Part shown: one piece after another, positions 1 through 10,024 of the stretch | Numbering within the stretch: position 1 is the first letter of the stretch | Layout of the letters: the number at the start of each line of letters is the position of its first letter | Assembly (NCBI GenBank): GCA_965222075.1 | Contig: OZ244937.1 | Coordinates: forward strand, 4,032,001 to 4,096,000 | Length of the DNA: 64,000 nt | Source: Candidatus Latescibacterota bacterium | GTDB lineage: Bacteria; Latescibacterota; UBA2968; GCA-2709665 | Reading direction: 5' to 3' | The notes under the pieces: model-generated | What the model was told of the DNA's origin: nothing | The model's input: only the letters and a program-made list of their open reading frames with translations | Databases searched by the model: none | Position numbers and translations under genes: made by a program

Positions 1-850
1 GGGAGGCAAACTGATGCGCCCCCCGCCCGTCCAGTGTAAAAACCAGATTGTCCCGATGGGGACCGCTCAACGTAAACCCCAGGCCCACCTCTTCTGCACG
101 TCGTTCATCCAGCGCCGAGGCCAGGATCTCCCGGCCCTGGTCCCGTTTGGCGGGTGGCACCAGGCTGCGGTAGACCGTGTGAAGCTGCTCGGACGTAGAG
201 GCAATCCGCCGATAATACGCTTCGATCATCGGCTGGGTCTCATCCAGCGCGTCCATCCGGTGCTGGATAATCCGCGCGCCGTGCTCGGCAAGCTGCGCAT
301 CCCAGGGGGCCAGTTGCGCAGGGTCGGAAAGCAGCTGCGTTCGACGGTCTCTCAGGAGTCGATTTCGCTGGGCAAGCACCCGGTAGTAGTGCTTCAGATC
401 CGAAAGATAGGAGGCGTTCGACTGGGAAACGAGAATATCCAGAATGCGTCGGCGTTGCAGGGGGTCGCGCAGCACCAGATCCACATCTTCGGGAGAGAAA
501 AGAACAGCGTTGAAGGCGCCAACCAAGCAGGAGAGGCGAGAAAGAGGGTGGTCTTTGAGATAGGCCTTCTTTTTTCCAACACGTGAATCGTATGCAATCC
601 GAATGGGAAGCGACTGATCTTCGCGTTCCACAACCGCGTCGACACTGAAGTAGTTTGCTCCCCAACGCAGGACGTGCCGATCTTTTGCGCCCCGGCCGGA
701 CTTGGCAATGGCCAGAAAGTAGATCGCCTCTAAGAGATTCGACTTGCCCCGCGCATTGTCACCGCATACAGCCGTCTTGTCTTTGTCGAAGGTAAATTCG
801 GCTTGCTCGAAGTTCCTGAAATTCGCCAGCTTAAGCGCCGAAATGTACAA
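1..850 (-). CDS. recF: DNA replication/repair protein RecF (3' end runs off the window)
   Basis: Not in the ORF track. Read manually from TTG at 850: LYISALKLANFRNFEQAEFTFDKDKTAVCGDNARGKSNLLEAIYFLAIAKSGR, containing the RecF N-terminal NFRN motif and Walker A GxNxxGKSNLLEAI. Directly downstream of dnaN. Confidence 0.95.
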   Translation of the reverse strand, partial: MYISALKLANFRNFEQAEFTFDKDKTAVCGDNARGKSNLLEAIYFLAIAKSGRGAKDRHVLRWGANYFSVDAVVEREDQSLPIRIAYDSRVGKKKAYLKDHPLSRLSCLVGAFNAVLFSPEDVDLVLRDPLQRRRILDILVSQSNASYLSDLKHYYRVLAQRNRLLRDRRTQLLSDPAQLAPWDAQLAEHGARIIQHRMDALDETQPMIEAYYRRIASTSEQLHTVYRSLVPPAKRDQGREILASALDERRAEEVGLGFTLSGPHRDNLVFTLDGRGAHQFAS

Positions 851-863
851 GGGAAATCATCCG

Positions 864-2051
864 TCAGTCGCTAAGACGAAGCGGCATAAGCAAACAGAGA
901 TAATCTTCGCCCTCCGGCTGATCCGCGGGTCGGATAATCCCGGCGGTAACAGGACTGTCCAGTTCGAACATAACCTGCTCTGAGTCGATCCGCCGAAGGA
1001 TGTCCTGAAGGTAGGCGGAGTTGTATCCGATCGCCATTTCTTCGTCGTTATAATCGGCCTCTAAGACCTCCCGGGCCTCTCCACCGATCTCCTGGCTGGT
1101 CGCCGAAAGTTCAATCTCATTTGCGTTTAGCCTGAAACGGACCTGGTGATTCTGAGAACTCGACAGAATAGAGACCCGTCGCACAGCAGGCGAAAGGAGA
1201 CTGTTGGAGACCTTCAGCCGTTTTCCATTGGCCTGCGGGATCACCTGTTCATAATCTACATAGGGGCCCTCAATCAGACGGGAGAAAAGGCGTATCCCCC
1301 CGCCCCCTTCCGTCCCATTCGCGCCAGACATCGAGAGGCTGAACATCAGGTGATTCTGCCCAAACTGCACCCGGTCCAGCTTACCCCCCGCCGACATCAA
1401 CTTCACAAGGTGATTGAGCGCCCGGGTCGGAACGATAGCCTCGGTACCCCCGCCCGACGGGGACGCCGGCATCGCTTTGGAATACTTGACCAGACGAGCA
1501 CCATCCGTTGCGACCATGGTCATACGGCCCTCCCCCACCTGCCACAGCACCCCATTGAGCACCGGCCGCGTCTCATCCCTTGAAACCGCAAAGGCCGTCC
1601 TGAAGATCATATCCCGGAGCAGGTGCCCGTCCTCCGACGCCTCGTCCGTTCCGGAAAACGCCATGTCAGGGCCCTCGATTTCCCCGGGCAGATCTGGAAA
1701 ATCGTCTGCAGACACAGACATAAGGGCATACGTCCCCTCAGCGCCCCCCTGCCTCTTTATAGTCACCCGTTCCGACTCGGCGTGCAACTCAACCGCTTCC
1801 TCCGGCAATTCCCGAACGATCTCTGCAAACTTCCGGGCAGGTACCGTTGTCGAACCGGGGACCTCCACCGAGGCCGAAACCCCACACAGAATAGAGATAT
1901 CCAGATCGGTGGCGGAAAAACGTATCCCCTCGGTCTCGCTCACATCAACCAGGATGTTTGAGAGCACCGGCAAGGCCGTTTTGGACGGCACAATGTCTAA
2001 AACGGCGTTCACACCCCTGAGCAATTCGTCCCGATCGATCACAACCTTCAT
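864..2051 (-). CDS. dnaN: DNA polymerase III beta sliding clamp
   Basis: LPVLSNIL, ATDLDI, SRDETRPVLNGV, MVATDGARL, SRLIEGPYVDY, C-terminal LLMPLRL. Start moved to MKVVID (2051). Confidence 0.97.
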   Translation of the reverse strand: MKVVIDRDELLRGVNAVLDIVPSKTALPVLSNILVDVSETEGIRFSATDLDISILCGVSASVEVPGSTTVPARKFAEIVRELPEEAVELHAESERVTIKRQGGAEGTYALMSVSADDFPDLPGEIEGPDMAFSGTDEASEDGHLLRDMIFRTAFAVSRDETRPVLNGVLWQVGEGRMTMVATDGARLVKYSKAMPASPSGGGTEAIVPTRALNHLVKLMSAGGKLDRVQFGQNHLMFSLSMSGANGTEGGGGIRLFSRLIEGPYVDYEQVIPQANGKRLKVSNSLLSPAVRRVSILSSSQNHQVRFRLNANEIELSATSQEIGGEAREVLEADYNDEEMAIGYNSAYLQDILRRIDSEQVMFELDSPVTAGIIRPADQPEGEDYLCLLMPLRLSD

Positions 2052-2349
2052 GGTCCCCAACCCCCTCAGCGATAAAAGGCCTTTAAAAGCAGAGTGAATC
2101 TCCCCGCACAAAGCGCGGGGCATCTCAGCTGAGAATGCTCCAGAGCATTCAATATACGCATTCATCCAGAGGCGAGATGAATACAATAATTAAACGCTTA
2201 TGCCAAAATCTCTCCTCTGGTTCTTGCACTGAGCAGTACTGTGTGGCACTACCGCAATTGATTTCCCGCCAAAATCTTCCATGAACCCAAAAAGGGGCTT
2301 AAAACCACCAAAAACAAGCCGCGTTTTCGCCCCCCCTGTATTCTGACGT

Positions 2350-2378
2350 AATATACTGATTTTTATCGAAGTTGTCAA
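2350..2378 (-). promoter_or_regulatory. sigma70-type promoter for dnaN-recF
   Basis: Minus strand TTGACA (2378-2373), 17-nt spacer, TATATT (2355-2350). Confidence 0.65.
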
Positions 2379-2589
2379 TATATTTTTGCCGATCTATCCC
2401 CCTTTCGGAAGGGGCAAAAATCACACGACAACAATACCCTTATAACCCTGGCCACTGTGATTGGTTCATATAAGATTTTTTACCCGTCTTTTACCATTCC
2501 GTTCCGTTTCCCAAGCCGCGAACGCTCCGCGTCTCCAATACGCCGATCCAATCCATTCACAAACCAGAGGACAGCTGTACATATTCCCA

Positions 2590-2975
2590 ATTTGATATTA
2601 TCCACACAGAACACATGTGGATAACATGGCCGCTTTTTCTCACCTCCAGTCGGAGATATATAAAACAACACATTATTTACAAACATGTTACACGAATTGT
2701 GCACAGTCCTGTGCACAGCCCGCCTCGATGTGAAAAACAATCTGGACACAGTGTGGATAGAATCTGTGGAAATCCTGTTCACAATCCACACTGTGGATAA
2801 CACCCCATTTTTGCACACGCATTTCACACAGCATTCACACACACAGTTCTGCCTTCATTCCCCGATCACCAGTAGCCTGCCAAAGGATTTGGACCACAGC
2901 CCACGTTATCCACCCTTTCCACAGAGTCGTTGTTGTCGTTGTTTTTATCTTGACTTGATACTTATTTATGGAAAA
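2590..2975. other. oriC: DnaA-box cluster, DnaA-trio-like repeat and AT-rich unwinding region between dnaA and dnaN
   Basis: Perfect boxes TTATCCACA 2598-2606, TGTGGATAA 2616-2624 and 2792-2800. Near-perfect boxes TTGTGCACA 2697-2705, TGTGGATAG 2752-2760, TTATCCACC 2906-2914, CTTTCCACA 2915-2923. Then GTC GTT GTT GTC GTT GTT (2926-2943) and an AT-rich tract. Confidence 0.88.
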
Positions 2976-3086
2976 GATAGAAGCTTTGTGAGAAACCCAA
3001 CAAAAAAAGGGTTGAAACCTGAATCAGAAAGTCAGATTTCAACCTTTCGCAAAATTGAAAGAATAATGTGTAAAAGCAACGGTGTT

Positions 3087-4475
3087 CTAAGCAACCAACC
3101 GACCCTGAATATGATCCCGCAATTGGGCGATCATATCTCCAAATCCCGGATCTTTGTTAAGCTTCTGTTCTACATTCCTGCAAGCGTAGATGACCGTGGT
3201 ATGGTCCCGGTTTCCAAAATGGCTTCCAATTGCCTTCAACGGCGCGCCCGTCAGGGACTTGCACAGGTACATACCTGCGTGGCGGGCCGCTGTAATTTCC
3301 TGCTTCCGGGTGGACCCGATGAGCGTCTCGATGGGAATATGAAAGAAATCAGCTGTCGCCTTCTGGATCTCCTCAATTCCGATCGAAGGTGTCGCACGCG
3401 TTGAGCGCCTCAGCAGGGCCTGGCGGGCCAGGTCAATAGAAACGGTCTGATGCTTATGGGCCGCAAACGCAACCAGACGGGTCAACGCCCCTTCCAACTC
3501 CCGGATATTCGAGTCGATTTGCACTGCCAGAAACCGCGCCACATCGTGAGACAGGTCAATCCCCCGTTCCTCAGCCTTCTGATTCAAAATAGCAATCCGG
3601 GTCTCTAAATCGGGGACCTCGATATCTGTCACCAGCCCCCACTGCAATCTGGATATCAAACGGTCCTCAAACCCCTTAAGCGTAGCGGGAGGTCGGTCAG
3701 AACTGATCACCACCTGTTTGTCATTCTGAGAAAGCGCATTGAAGGTATGAATAAACTCCCGCTGACACCCCTCGGTTTGCACATAAAATTGGATGTCGTC
3801 AATCAAGAGTACATCGGCTTTGCGATAGGTTTTCACAAACTCTGAGTGATCGTTCTGCCTCATCGAAGCAATATAGTCCGAAATAAATTGTTCTGCCGTC
3901 ACATAGACCACACGCTCCGCCGTCCTGTTCCGAACGCAAAAATCGCCGACCGCCTGGAGCAAGTGGGTCTTTCCCAGACCGACGCCCCCATAGATAAACA
4001 GGGGGTTGAACGCCGTCTGGCCGGGAGATTCCGCCACTGACCGCGCAGCGGTAAAGGTGAACTCATTGCTCCCCCCAACCACAAACTGTTCAAATCGGTA
4101 TCGGGGATTCAGGGGAAATACGGGCTTAACCTCCCCTGGCACATCCCGTTGGGGAGCCGGGGGCACGAGCGGTTCTGTCGGGTCGGCCAGAGAAAAATCC
4201 ACGGGTCCCTGTGCCTGCCCCGGTTCCTCTCTGACAACGAACACCAGAAAGGGTTTCCAGGTCGTCTCTTCCTCAAGCGTGGACTGGATCAACCACGAGT
4301 AGTGCTCTTCCAGCCAGTCCGCAAAAAAAGAGGTGGGAACCTCAATAACCGCCTTCTCTGCGCAGATGTGCTTTGAAGACGTCGGACCAAACCACGTCTG
4401 GAAACTCTGGGGTTGGATCTTGCGTTTGATCGACTGCAGGCACCGGGCCCAAAGGTCGGATGGGTTGTCTAACAT
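3087..4475 (-). CDS. dnaA: Chromosomal replication initiator DnaA
   Basis: LNPRYRFEQFVVG, FNPLFIYGGVGLGKTHLL, DVLLIDDIQF, NIRELEGAL, FGNRDHTTVIYAC. Confidence 0.99.
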   Translation of the reverse strand: MLDNPSDLWARCLQSIKRKIQPQSFQTWFGPTSSKHICAEKAVIEVPTSFFADWLEEHYSWLIQSTLEEETTWKPFLVFVVREEPGQAQGPVDFSLADPTEPLVPPAPQRDVPGEVKPVFPLNPRYRFEQFVVGGSNEFTFTAARSVAESPGQTAFNPLFIYGGVGLGKTHLLQAVGDFCVRNRTAERVVYVTAEQFISDYIASMRQNDHSEFVKTYRKADVLLIDDIQFYVQTEGCQREFIHTFNALSQNDKQVVISSDRPPATLKGFEDRLISRLQWGLVTDIEVPDLETRIAILNQKAEERGIDLSHDVARFLAVQIDSNIRELEGALTRLVAFAAHKHQTVSIDLARQALLRRSTRATPSIGIEEIQKATADFFHIPIETLIGSTRKQEITAARHAGMYLCKSLTGAPLKAIGSHFGNRDHTTVIYACRNVEQKLNKDPGFGDMIAQLRDHIQGRLVA

Positions 4476-4772
4476 AGGGCAAACACATCCACACCACTAA
4501 TGAGGCAAAACCCTCATCCGTAAGGAGAAGATCACCAGATTGGAAAAAGGTAAGATTATCGGCCTTTGTCCTCGCTTAGACCGCAGACGATGGTGGGAGG
4601 TATCCAAAAGGACGCGTCGTGTCCTGAGACAGGCGGCGCGATAAGGCCTGTACAAGCACCCAAAACAAGCTGGATACAGTCCGTTAGTCTGGGGGAAATG
4701 CAGCAAGACAGGGAAAACAAAAACCTGAGGGAGACCCCGGTGGACAGCCCATCCGGGGGGTAGGATGACAAG

Positions 4773-4801
4773 AAATTACGGAATAGAGAACCAAATGTCA
4801 A
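4773..4801 (-). promoter_or_regulatory. sigma70-type promoter upstream of dnaA
   Basis: Minus strand TTGACA (4801-4796), 17-nt spacer, TAATTT (4778-4773). Confidence 0.55.
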
Positions 4802-5227
4802 GCCCTTTTTGGCGCAGTCAAAAAAGGGAAATCTACCTGATTGGTATTGGTAATTTTGGATGCAACCACAGTGGCCGGCAATTCTTTTATCGTCCGGATA
4901 TGATCTGTTAAGCCAGCCGCCATAGCCGGTGAGCGGGGCAGCCAACATCGCTTGCCCTGCTTGTGTTCAACCCGCAAGGGTTTGATTTTTTCCAACAGCA
5001 CGTCCAATGTGCCAGACATAGGTCCCCAGGGCATCGATCTGAACCCGTAGTGAGGGCAAAGGTTTGTAAAAGCAGAGAACAACATATATGCACATGAAAT
5101 ACAAGATAATGCGATAAATAAATTTTATCCTACAATATATTGTATATACCGGTCTAAAAAATATCGCCTGGTTCGGTTCAAGTTGTCCACAACAGTGTCC
5201 AGTTGGGGTTTTTGCTACAATTCTGGG

Positions 5228-5277
5228 CCTGCCTGTCCGGGGGACCTGTCTGCCGACGAGGCAGGCAGACAGGCAGG
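5228..5277. repeat. Nested CCTGCCTG...CAGGCAGG palindromic repeat
   Basis: CCTGCCTGTC-cggggga-CCTGTCTGCCGACGAGGCAGG-ca-GACAGGCAGG. Same termini as the copies at 53844 and 56797. Confidence 0.7.
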
Positions 5278-5364
5278 CGTTTTTTGACATAAGCTCTTGT
5301 TTTAATAGGCTGATAACCTATGCAATGTTCACCCGGTCCCCTCCCCCGCCTAAACCAAAAAGCC

Positions 5365-5393
5365 TTGACAAAGTCCTCCTGCTCATCTATATT
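5365..5393 (+). promoter_or_regulatory. sigma70-type promoter for the rpmH operon
   Basis: TTGACA 5365-5370, 17-nt spacer, TATATT 5388-5393. Confidence 0.7.
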
Positions 5394-5478
5394 CATAACT
5401 CTCTGTGCGTCATCCGGATACCTGTAAACAGAAGACACCCAATCCTCACTTTATCGCCCTTTGAAAGGCATACCCCCA

Positions 5479-5613
5479 ATGAAACGGACGTTTCAGCCCA
5501 GCAAACGAAAGCGAAAAAACAAGCACGGCTTTCGGCACCGGATGAGCAGCCCCGGCGGACGTCAGGTACTCAACCGACGACGCCGTAAAGGGCGCAAACG
5601 CCTTTCCGCTTAA
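5479..5613 (+). CDS. rpmH: 50S ribosomal protein L34
   Basis: Manual translation (below the ORF-track cutoff): [44 protein letters not shown]. Confidence 0.98.
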   Translation: MKRTFQPSKRKRKNKHGFRHRMSSPGGRQVLNRRRRKGRKRLSA

Positions 5614-5616
5614 TCT

Positions 5617-5946
5617 GTGGGCAGGCCCAACCTCAGGCTGCGGGGAGAAATTCGGAAGCTCTTCAACAGGGGGCGGCTCTATCGGGGCCGGTGGATGACC
5701 GTTCGCATCTGCGACACCGACCTGAGCGCTACCCTCATTTCCGTGAGAAAACGTTTCGGAGGTGCTGTTGTGAGAAACCGGGCACGCCGGCGGCTTCGTG
5801 CCCTCTGCCGCGAGTTGAACCCGCAGCGACACCCCGGACAGCTGCTCCTGGTCTCCATCAGGGACCACGCCCGGGGCAGGGGCTATCGAGACCTCCGAAT
5901 CGATCTCATCTCCGCTTTTAAATCCCTCGGTCTTCTCGACCAGTGA
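5617..5946 (+). CDS. rnpA: Ribonuclease P protein component
   Basis: RNR motif [17 protein letters not shown]; lies between rpmH and yidD. Confidence 0.9.
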   Translation: MGRPNLRLRGEIRKLFNRGRLYRGRWMTVRICDTDLSATLISVRKRFGGAVVRNRARRRLRALCRELNPQRHPGQLLLVSIRDHARGRGYRDLRIDLISAFKSLGLLDQ

Positions 5947-6152
5947 AACAGGTCGCCATCTGGCTCATACGCGGCTACATCGTCGCCATCTCTCCACTCC
6001 TCCCTCCCCGCTGTCGATACCAGCCAACCTGCTCTCATTACGCCCTCGAAGCCATCCACCGCTACGGATTTCTGTACGGCGGCACCCTCGCCTTGCGCCG
6101 GCTCCTGCGCTGTCACCCCTGGGGGGGCTCAGGCTGCGACCTCGTTCCATAA
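5943..6152 (+). CDS. yidD: Membrane protein insertion efficiency factor
   Basis: [27 protein letters not shown]...[12 protein letters not shown]. Confidence 0.96.
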   Translation: MKQVAIWLIRGYIVAISPLLPPRCRYQPTCSHYALEAIHRYGFLYGGTLALRRLLRCHPWGGSGCDLVP

Positions 6153-6176
6153 CCCCACGCCTAAGGAAACCGCACA

Positions 6177-7865
6177 ATGGACAGACGGACTGTGCTGGCC
6201 TTCGTCCTGATCGGCCTGATCATCATCCTTACTCCCTATTACATCAAGTGGCTCTCAGGCGACCGTCTCCCGCCACCACAGGATCGGTGGGAAGGCCCGG
6301 CCGAAACCAGGCGGACCTCGCCTCCAGTCTCCCAGGCCCCACCATCGATAACCCACCCGCCGGCCGGTGAAAAGACGCCGCCCCCTTCGGATAAGGCCCC
6401 TCCGGAGACCTCGGCGCCCCCCCCCCCTTCCGACTTTACCCCAGAGCAGGTGCTCGTCGAAACGGACCGTTATCTGGCCACCTTTACCACCCGCGGCGGC
6501 CGGCTCACCAGCCTGAAACTGAGGGACTATCGGCACCGAAACGGGGACTGGCTTGAGCTGATCAGGCCCGGCAGCGCAGGGCTGGGGCTCTCGCTGGACG
6601 GTGGGTCGCTGGACGAATTTGAGTTCAAACCCAACCGGAGTGACCTCTCCCTCCACGGCCCCCAACAGGGGGAACTTGTCTTTCGGGCCCGCCCCAACGG
6701 GGTATGGGTGGAGAAGCGTTTCCGGTTTCAGGGCAACAGGTACCGCATCGATATGGGGCTTGTGGTCTCAGGCGCGCAACGGGGGGCGAAACTGGGCGTT
6801 GGGTGGTCCGGGGGCCTGGCCGATACCGAAGCGAATCCCCAGGAGGATGTCGTCCACGCAATGGCGGTCACCCGTGTCGGGGGCGAGGTTGAAACGTGGG
6901 ATGCCCCAGACCTGGGGCCTGAAGTCACCCCACCCTCTGGGAGACTTTCCTGGGTCGGCCTGCGCAACAAATATTTCCTGGCCGCCCTCATCCCCCCTGA
7001 AGGCCGCTACGATTTGAACCTGCAAGGCCGGGTGGAAGTGGGGGCTGAACACTATACCGTCGAAGTTGTTACGGACGTTGACCGGGGGGCCTTTGAATTT
7101 GGGGTCTACGTCGGACCGATTTCCTACGACCTCCTCAGGTCCCAAAACAGAGACCTGTCGGGTAAGCACCAGGAGCTGGAACTGGATGAGTTTATGGACT
7201 ACGGCCCGTTCCTGCGGTCCATCTTCAAACCCATCACCATTCTGATCCTCAAGGCCTTTCTCACCCTGCACCAGATCATTCCCAACTACGGGCTGGTCAT
7301 TATCGTCTTTTCGATTCTGATCAAGATCGTCCTCTTCCCGATGACCCACAAGAGCCTGGAAGCCTCTGCCAGGATGCAGCAGCTTCAACCCAAACTCGCG
7401 GCCCTGAAGGAGAAATACCCCGACGACAAGCAGAAGGTGGGCCAGGAGACGATGAAGCTCTACAAGGAGGAGGGGGTCAACCCGCTTGGGGGATGCCTGC
7501 CCATGATCCCGCAGATGCCCATCCTCTTCTCCCTCTTCAACGTCTTCCGCGGCGCCATCGAGCTCAGGCAGTCCGAGTTTGCCCTCTGGATCGACGACCT
7601 CTCCCAGCCCGACCGTCTCACCATCGGCGGCATCGAAATCCACGTGTTGCCCCTCCTGATGGCGGTCTCGACCTTCCTCCAGTCCAAAATGACGATGAAG
7701 GACCCCAAGCAGGCGATGATGGTCTACATCATGCCTGTCTTCATGACCTTCATCTTCTGGAGCTTCTCCTCGGGGCTGGTCCTCTACTGGACCATGTTCA
7801 ACATCCTCACCGTACTCCAGCAGCAAGTAATGGAAAAGACAAAAGCGACGCTGTCCAGGACATGA
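6177..7865 (+). CDS. yidC: Membrane protein insertase YidC
   Basis: N-terminal TM helix, periplasmic domain, NYGLVII, VNPLGGCLP, LWIDDLSQPD, SGLVLYW. Confidence 0.97.
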   Translation: MDRRTVLAFVLIGLIIILTPYYIKWLSGDRLPPPQDRWEGPAETRRTSPPVSQAPPSITHPPAGEKTPPPSDKAPPETSAPPPPSDFTPEQVLVETDRYLATFTTRGGRLTSLKLRDYRHRNGDWLELIRPGSAGLGLSLDGGSLDEFEFKPNRSDLSLHGPQQGELVFRARPNGVWVEKRFRFQGNRYRIDMGLVVSGAQRGAKLGVGWSGGLADTEANPQEDVVHAMAVTRVGGEVETWDAPDLGPEVTPPSGRLSWVGLRNKYFLAALIPPEGRYDLNLQGRVEVGAEHYTVEVVTDVDRGAFEFGVYVGPISYDLLRSQNRDLSGKHQELELDEFMDYGPFLRSIFKPITILILKAFLTLHQIIPNYGLVIIVFSILIKIVLFPMTHKSLEASARMQQLQPKLAALKEKYPDDKQKVGQETMKLYKEEGVNPLGGCLPMIPQMPILFSLFNVFRGAIELRQSEFALWIDDLSQPDRLTIGGIEIHVLPLLMAVSTFLQSKMTMKDPKQAMMVYIMPVFMTFIFWSFSSGLVLYWTMFNILTVLQQQVMEKTKATLSRT

Positions 7866-7877
7866 GGAACCCATTCC

Positions 7878-9239
7878 GTGCGCCCCTCCGATCGAGATAC
7901 CATCGTGGCGGTGACCACCCCCCCAGGCGAAGGGGCGATCGGCATCGTGCGCTTGAGCGGCCCTCAGGCCGTTGAGATCGCCGCCCCGTGCTTCCGGTCT
8001 GGACAGAAGCTGCACGAGGTCGCGAACCGGCGGCTGACCTATGGGCGGTTTGTGATTGGGGACCAGGACCTCGACGAGGTCCTGGTCGCTGTGATGAGGT
8101 CCCCCCGCACCTACACCGGTGAAGATCTCGTCGAATTCAACTGCCATGGGGGGGCCCTGTTGCTTCGGCGTGTCGTCGAAGCCCTCGTGGACGGAGGCGC
8201 CCGGATCGCCGAACGGGGAGAGTTCACCAGGCGGGCCTTCTTAAACGGTCGGATCGATCTGACCCAGGCCGAGGCTGTGGCCGACCTGATCGCCGCCCGA
8301 TCCGACCTGAGCCTGCGGTCCGCCTATTTTCAACTGCGAGGGGGGCTGAGGGTCAGGTTTGAATCGATGGCCGAAGATCTGCGCCAGGCCCTGGCCCTGC
8401 TGGAGGCGGGCCTGGATTTCTCCGAGGATGTCGAGATCGACCCTCAGACCGTGCGCCTGCCCCTCAGTCGGGCGGCCGAAGGGGTGGACCGTCTAATTGC
8501 ATCCTACACCCGGGGCAAGATCGTCCGAGACGGCGCCCTGGTCACCTTTGCCGGCAGGCCCAATGTTGGCAAGTCCAGCCTCCTGAACCGGCTTCTGGAA
8601 GAGGACCGCGCCATCGTCACCCCCATCCCTGGAACCACCCGCGACACGATTGAAGAGGCTGTCACCCTGGATGGACTCCGGATCACCCTGGTTGATACGG
8701 CCGGCATTCGCAAGGCCGGGAACCCCGTGGAACGGGAGGGCACACGCCGGTCCCAACGGTCGATTGAACAGGCCGACCTGGTCCTCCTCGTGGTCGACGC
8801 ATCGGAGGCCCCCAGGAACAGGGACCTCAGGCTGATTCAGGACCTGCAGGGGCGGTCGGCGCTCCTGGTATTGAACAAACGCGATATGGGCAGCCACCCC
8901 GCCTGGGAGGCCACGCGCCGGGAAAACCAGCGAATCCCGGTTTCCGCCCTCACCGGCCAGGGCATCGACGGCCTGCGGGCAGCGGTCCGCACCGCCGTTC
9001 TGGCCGGCCTTCCCCCTCAGGAAGCCGAAGTGTTGACCCACGAACGCCATGTGGAATCCCTCGTACGTGCGGGGGGTGCCCTCAACAGGGCTGAGGAGAC
9101 GCTCCGGGCTGGCCTCCCTGGAGAATTGGTTGCCATGGAGCTTAGAGAGGCCCTCGACGCCTTGGGCGAGATCATCGGCGAGACCACCTCGGACGCGATA
9201 CTCGACCGGATCTTCCAGACCTTCTGTGTTGGGAAATAG
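7878..9239 (+). CDS. mnmE: tRNA modification GTPase MnmE
   Basis: DTIVAVTTPPGEGAIGIVRLSG, GEFTRRAFLNGRIDL, GRPNVGKSSL, GTTRD, DTAG, C-terminal FCVGK. Confidence 0.98.
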   Translation: MRPSDRDTIVAVTTPPGEGAIGIVRLSGPQAVEIAAPCFRSGQKLHEVANRRLTYGRFVIGDQDLDEVLVAVMRSPRTYTGEDLVEFNCHGGALLLRRVVEALVDGGARIAERGEFTRRAFLNGRIDLTQAEAVADLIAARSDLSLRSAYFQLRGGLRVRFESMAEDLRQALALLEAGLDFSEDVEIDPQTVRLPLSRAAEGVDRLIASYTRGKIVRDGALVTFAGRPNVGKSSLLNRLLEEDRAIVTPIPGTTRDTIEEAVTLDGLRITLVDTAGIRKAGNPVEREGTRRSQRSIEQADLVLLVVDASEAPRNRDLRLIQDLQGRSALLVLNKRDMGSHPAWEATRRENQRIPVSALTGQGIDGLRAAVRTAVLAGLPPQEAEVLTHERHVESLVRAGGALNRAEETLRAGLPGELVAMELREALDALGEIIGETTSDAILDRIFQTFCVGK

Positions 9240-9243
9240 GGTA

Positions 9244-9259
9244 TGTTCCACGTGAAACA
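9244..9259. promoter_or_regulatory. parS centromere-like site 1
   Basis: TGTTCCACGTGAAACA matches the parS consensus TGTTNCACGTGAAACA. Confidence 0.9.
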
Positions 9260-9286
9260 CCAGGGCTGGAGAAGCAGAACCGGAGA

Positions 9287-9302
9287 TGTTTCACGTGGAA
9301 CA
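9287..9302. promoter_or_regulatory. parS centromere-like site 2
   Basis: TGTTTCACGTGGAACA, the exact reverse complement of site 1. Confidence 0.9.
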
Positions 9303-9346
9303 TGGCAAAACGGTGCGTGGGGAGCTTGGATGGAACAGGAGGAACC

Positions 9347-10024
9347 GTGTTGGACGATCGGGCTTTTGCAGCCGCGGCAGGCACCCTGGGGTGTCCCCTC
9401 TCGTCGGAACAGATCGACCGGTTTCGGCGCTATGAAGACCGCCTTCAGGATTGGTCCGGGCGGGTCAGGCTGGTCTCCCGAGGCGATCGAGACCGTTTGA
9501 GAGAACGTCATTTTCTCGACTGCCTGGCGGTTGTGCCCTATCTTGCCCAGGCTCCTTTCCGCCTCCTGGATCTGGGTAGTGGCGCCGGGCTTCCGGGAAT
9601 TCCTATCAAAATCGCCCGACCCGACATCCAGGTGGACCTGCTCGAAGCGACGCGGATGAAGGCGCTCTTTCTCCGGGGCATTCGAGAGGACCTCGGCATG
9701 GGCGGCCTGAAGGTGATCCGTGCCCGGGCGGAGGAAATTGCACGAAAGGCCGCCCACCGGGCGTCCTACCGGGTGGTGTCCATCCGTGGGGTCGGTCCGT
9801 TGCCCCTGCTCTGGGCCTTGGCCGCACCCTTCCTTCAACCCGGCGGAGTGCTCGTGGCATTTAAAGGTCCCGGCGCCCTAAGCGAGTTCGGAGACGCCCC
9901 CCCTGCTGGCGTTACCGCCACCGAGCAGGTCCTGCGCATCCCGACCCTCAAGCGGGCACGGGCGTTCGTTTTTGTGGGATTCGAGGGGGGGGGAAGATTA
10001 ACGGATGGAGATTCTCTGCTGTGA
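9347..10024 (+). CDS. rsmG: 16S rRNA m7G527 methyltransferase RsmG (GidB)
   Basis: RHFLDCL, LLDLGSGAGLPGIP, RAEE. GTG start at 9347 with upstream GGAGG RBS. Confidence 0.95.
   Translation: MLDDRAFAAAAGTLGCPLSSEQIDRFRRYEDRLQDWSGRVRLVSRGDRDRLRERHFLDCLAVVPYLAQAPFRLLDLGSGAGLPGIPIKIARPDIQVDLLEATRMKALFLRGIREDLGMGGLKVIRARAEEIARKAAHRASYRVVSIRGVGPLPLLWALAAPFLQPGGVLVAFKGPGALSEFGDAPPAGVTATEQVLRIPTLKRARAFVFVGFEGGGRLTDGDSLL

Noticed and set aside
2052-2186. 45-aa N-terminal extension of DnaN in the ORF track, and similar extensions on rsmG, the ADH, PhyH, the epimerase and the 62635 lipoprotein
   Set aside because: Family homology and RBS positions point to downstream starts.
2685-3404. 239-aa ORF spanning oriC and the dnaA 3' end
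   Set aside because: Its translation is driven by DnaA-box repeats (HTV/VDN/LCT) and it overlaps dnaA antisense.
6768-8147. 459-aa minus-strand ORF, and similar long ORFs at 16453-17871, 41115-42311, 52733-54082 and 58245-59483
   Set aside because: Antisense shadows of well-supported genes in GC-rich DNA, with no recognisable motifs.
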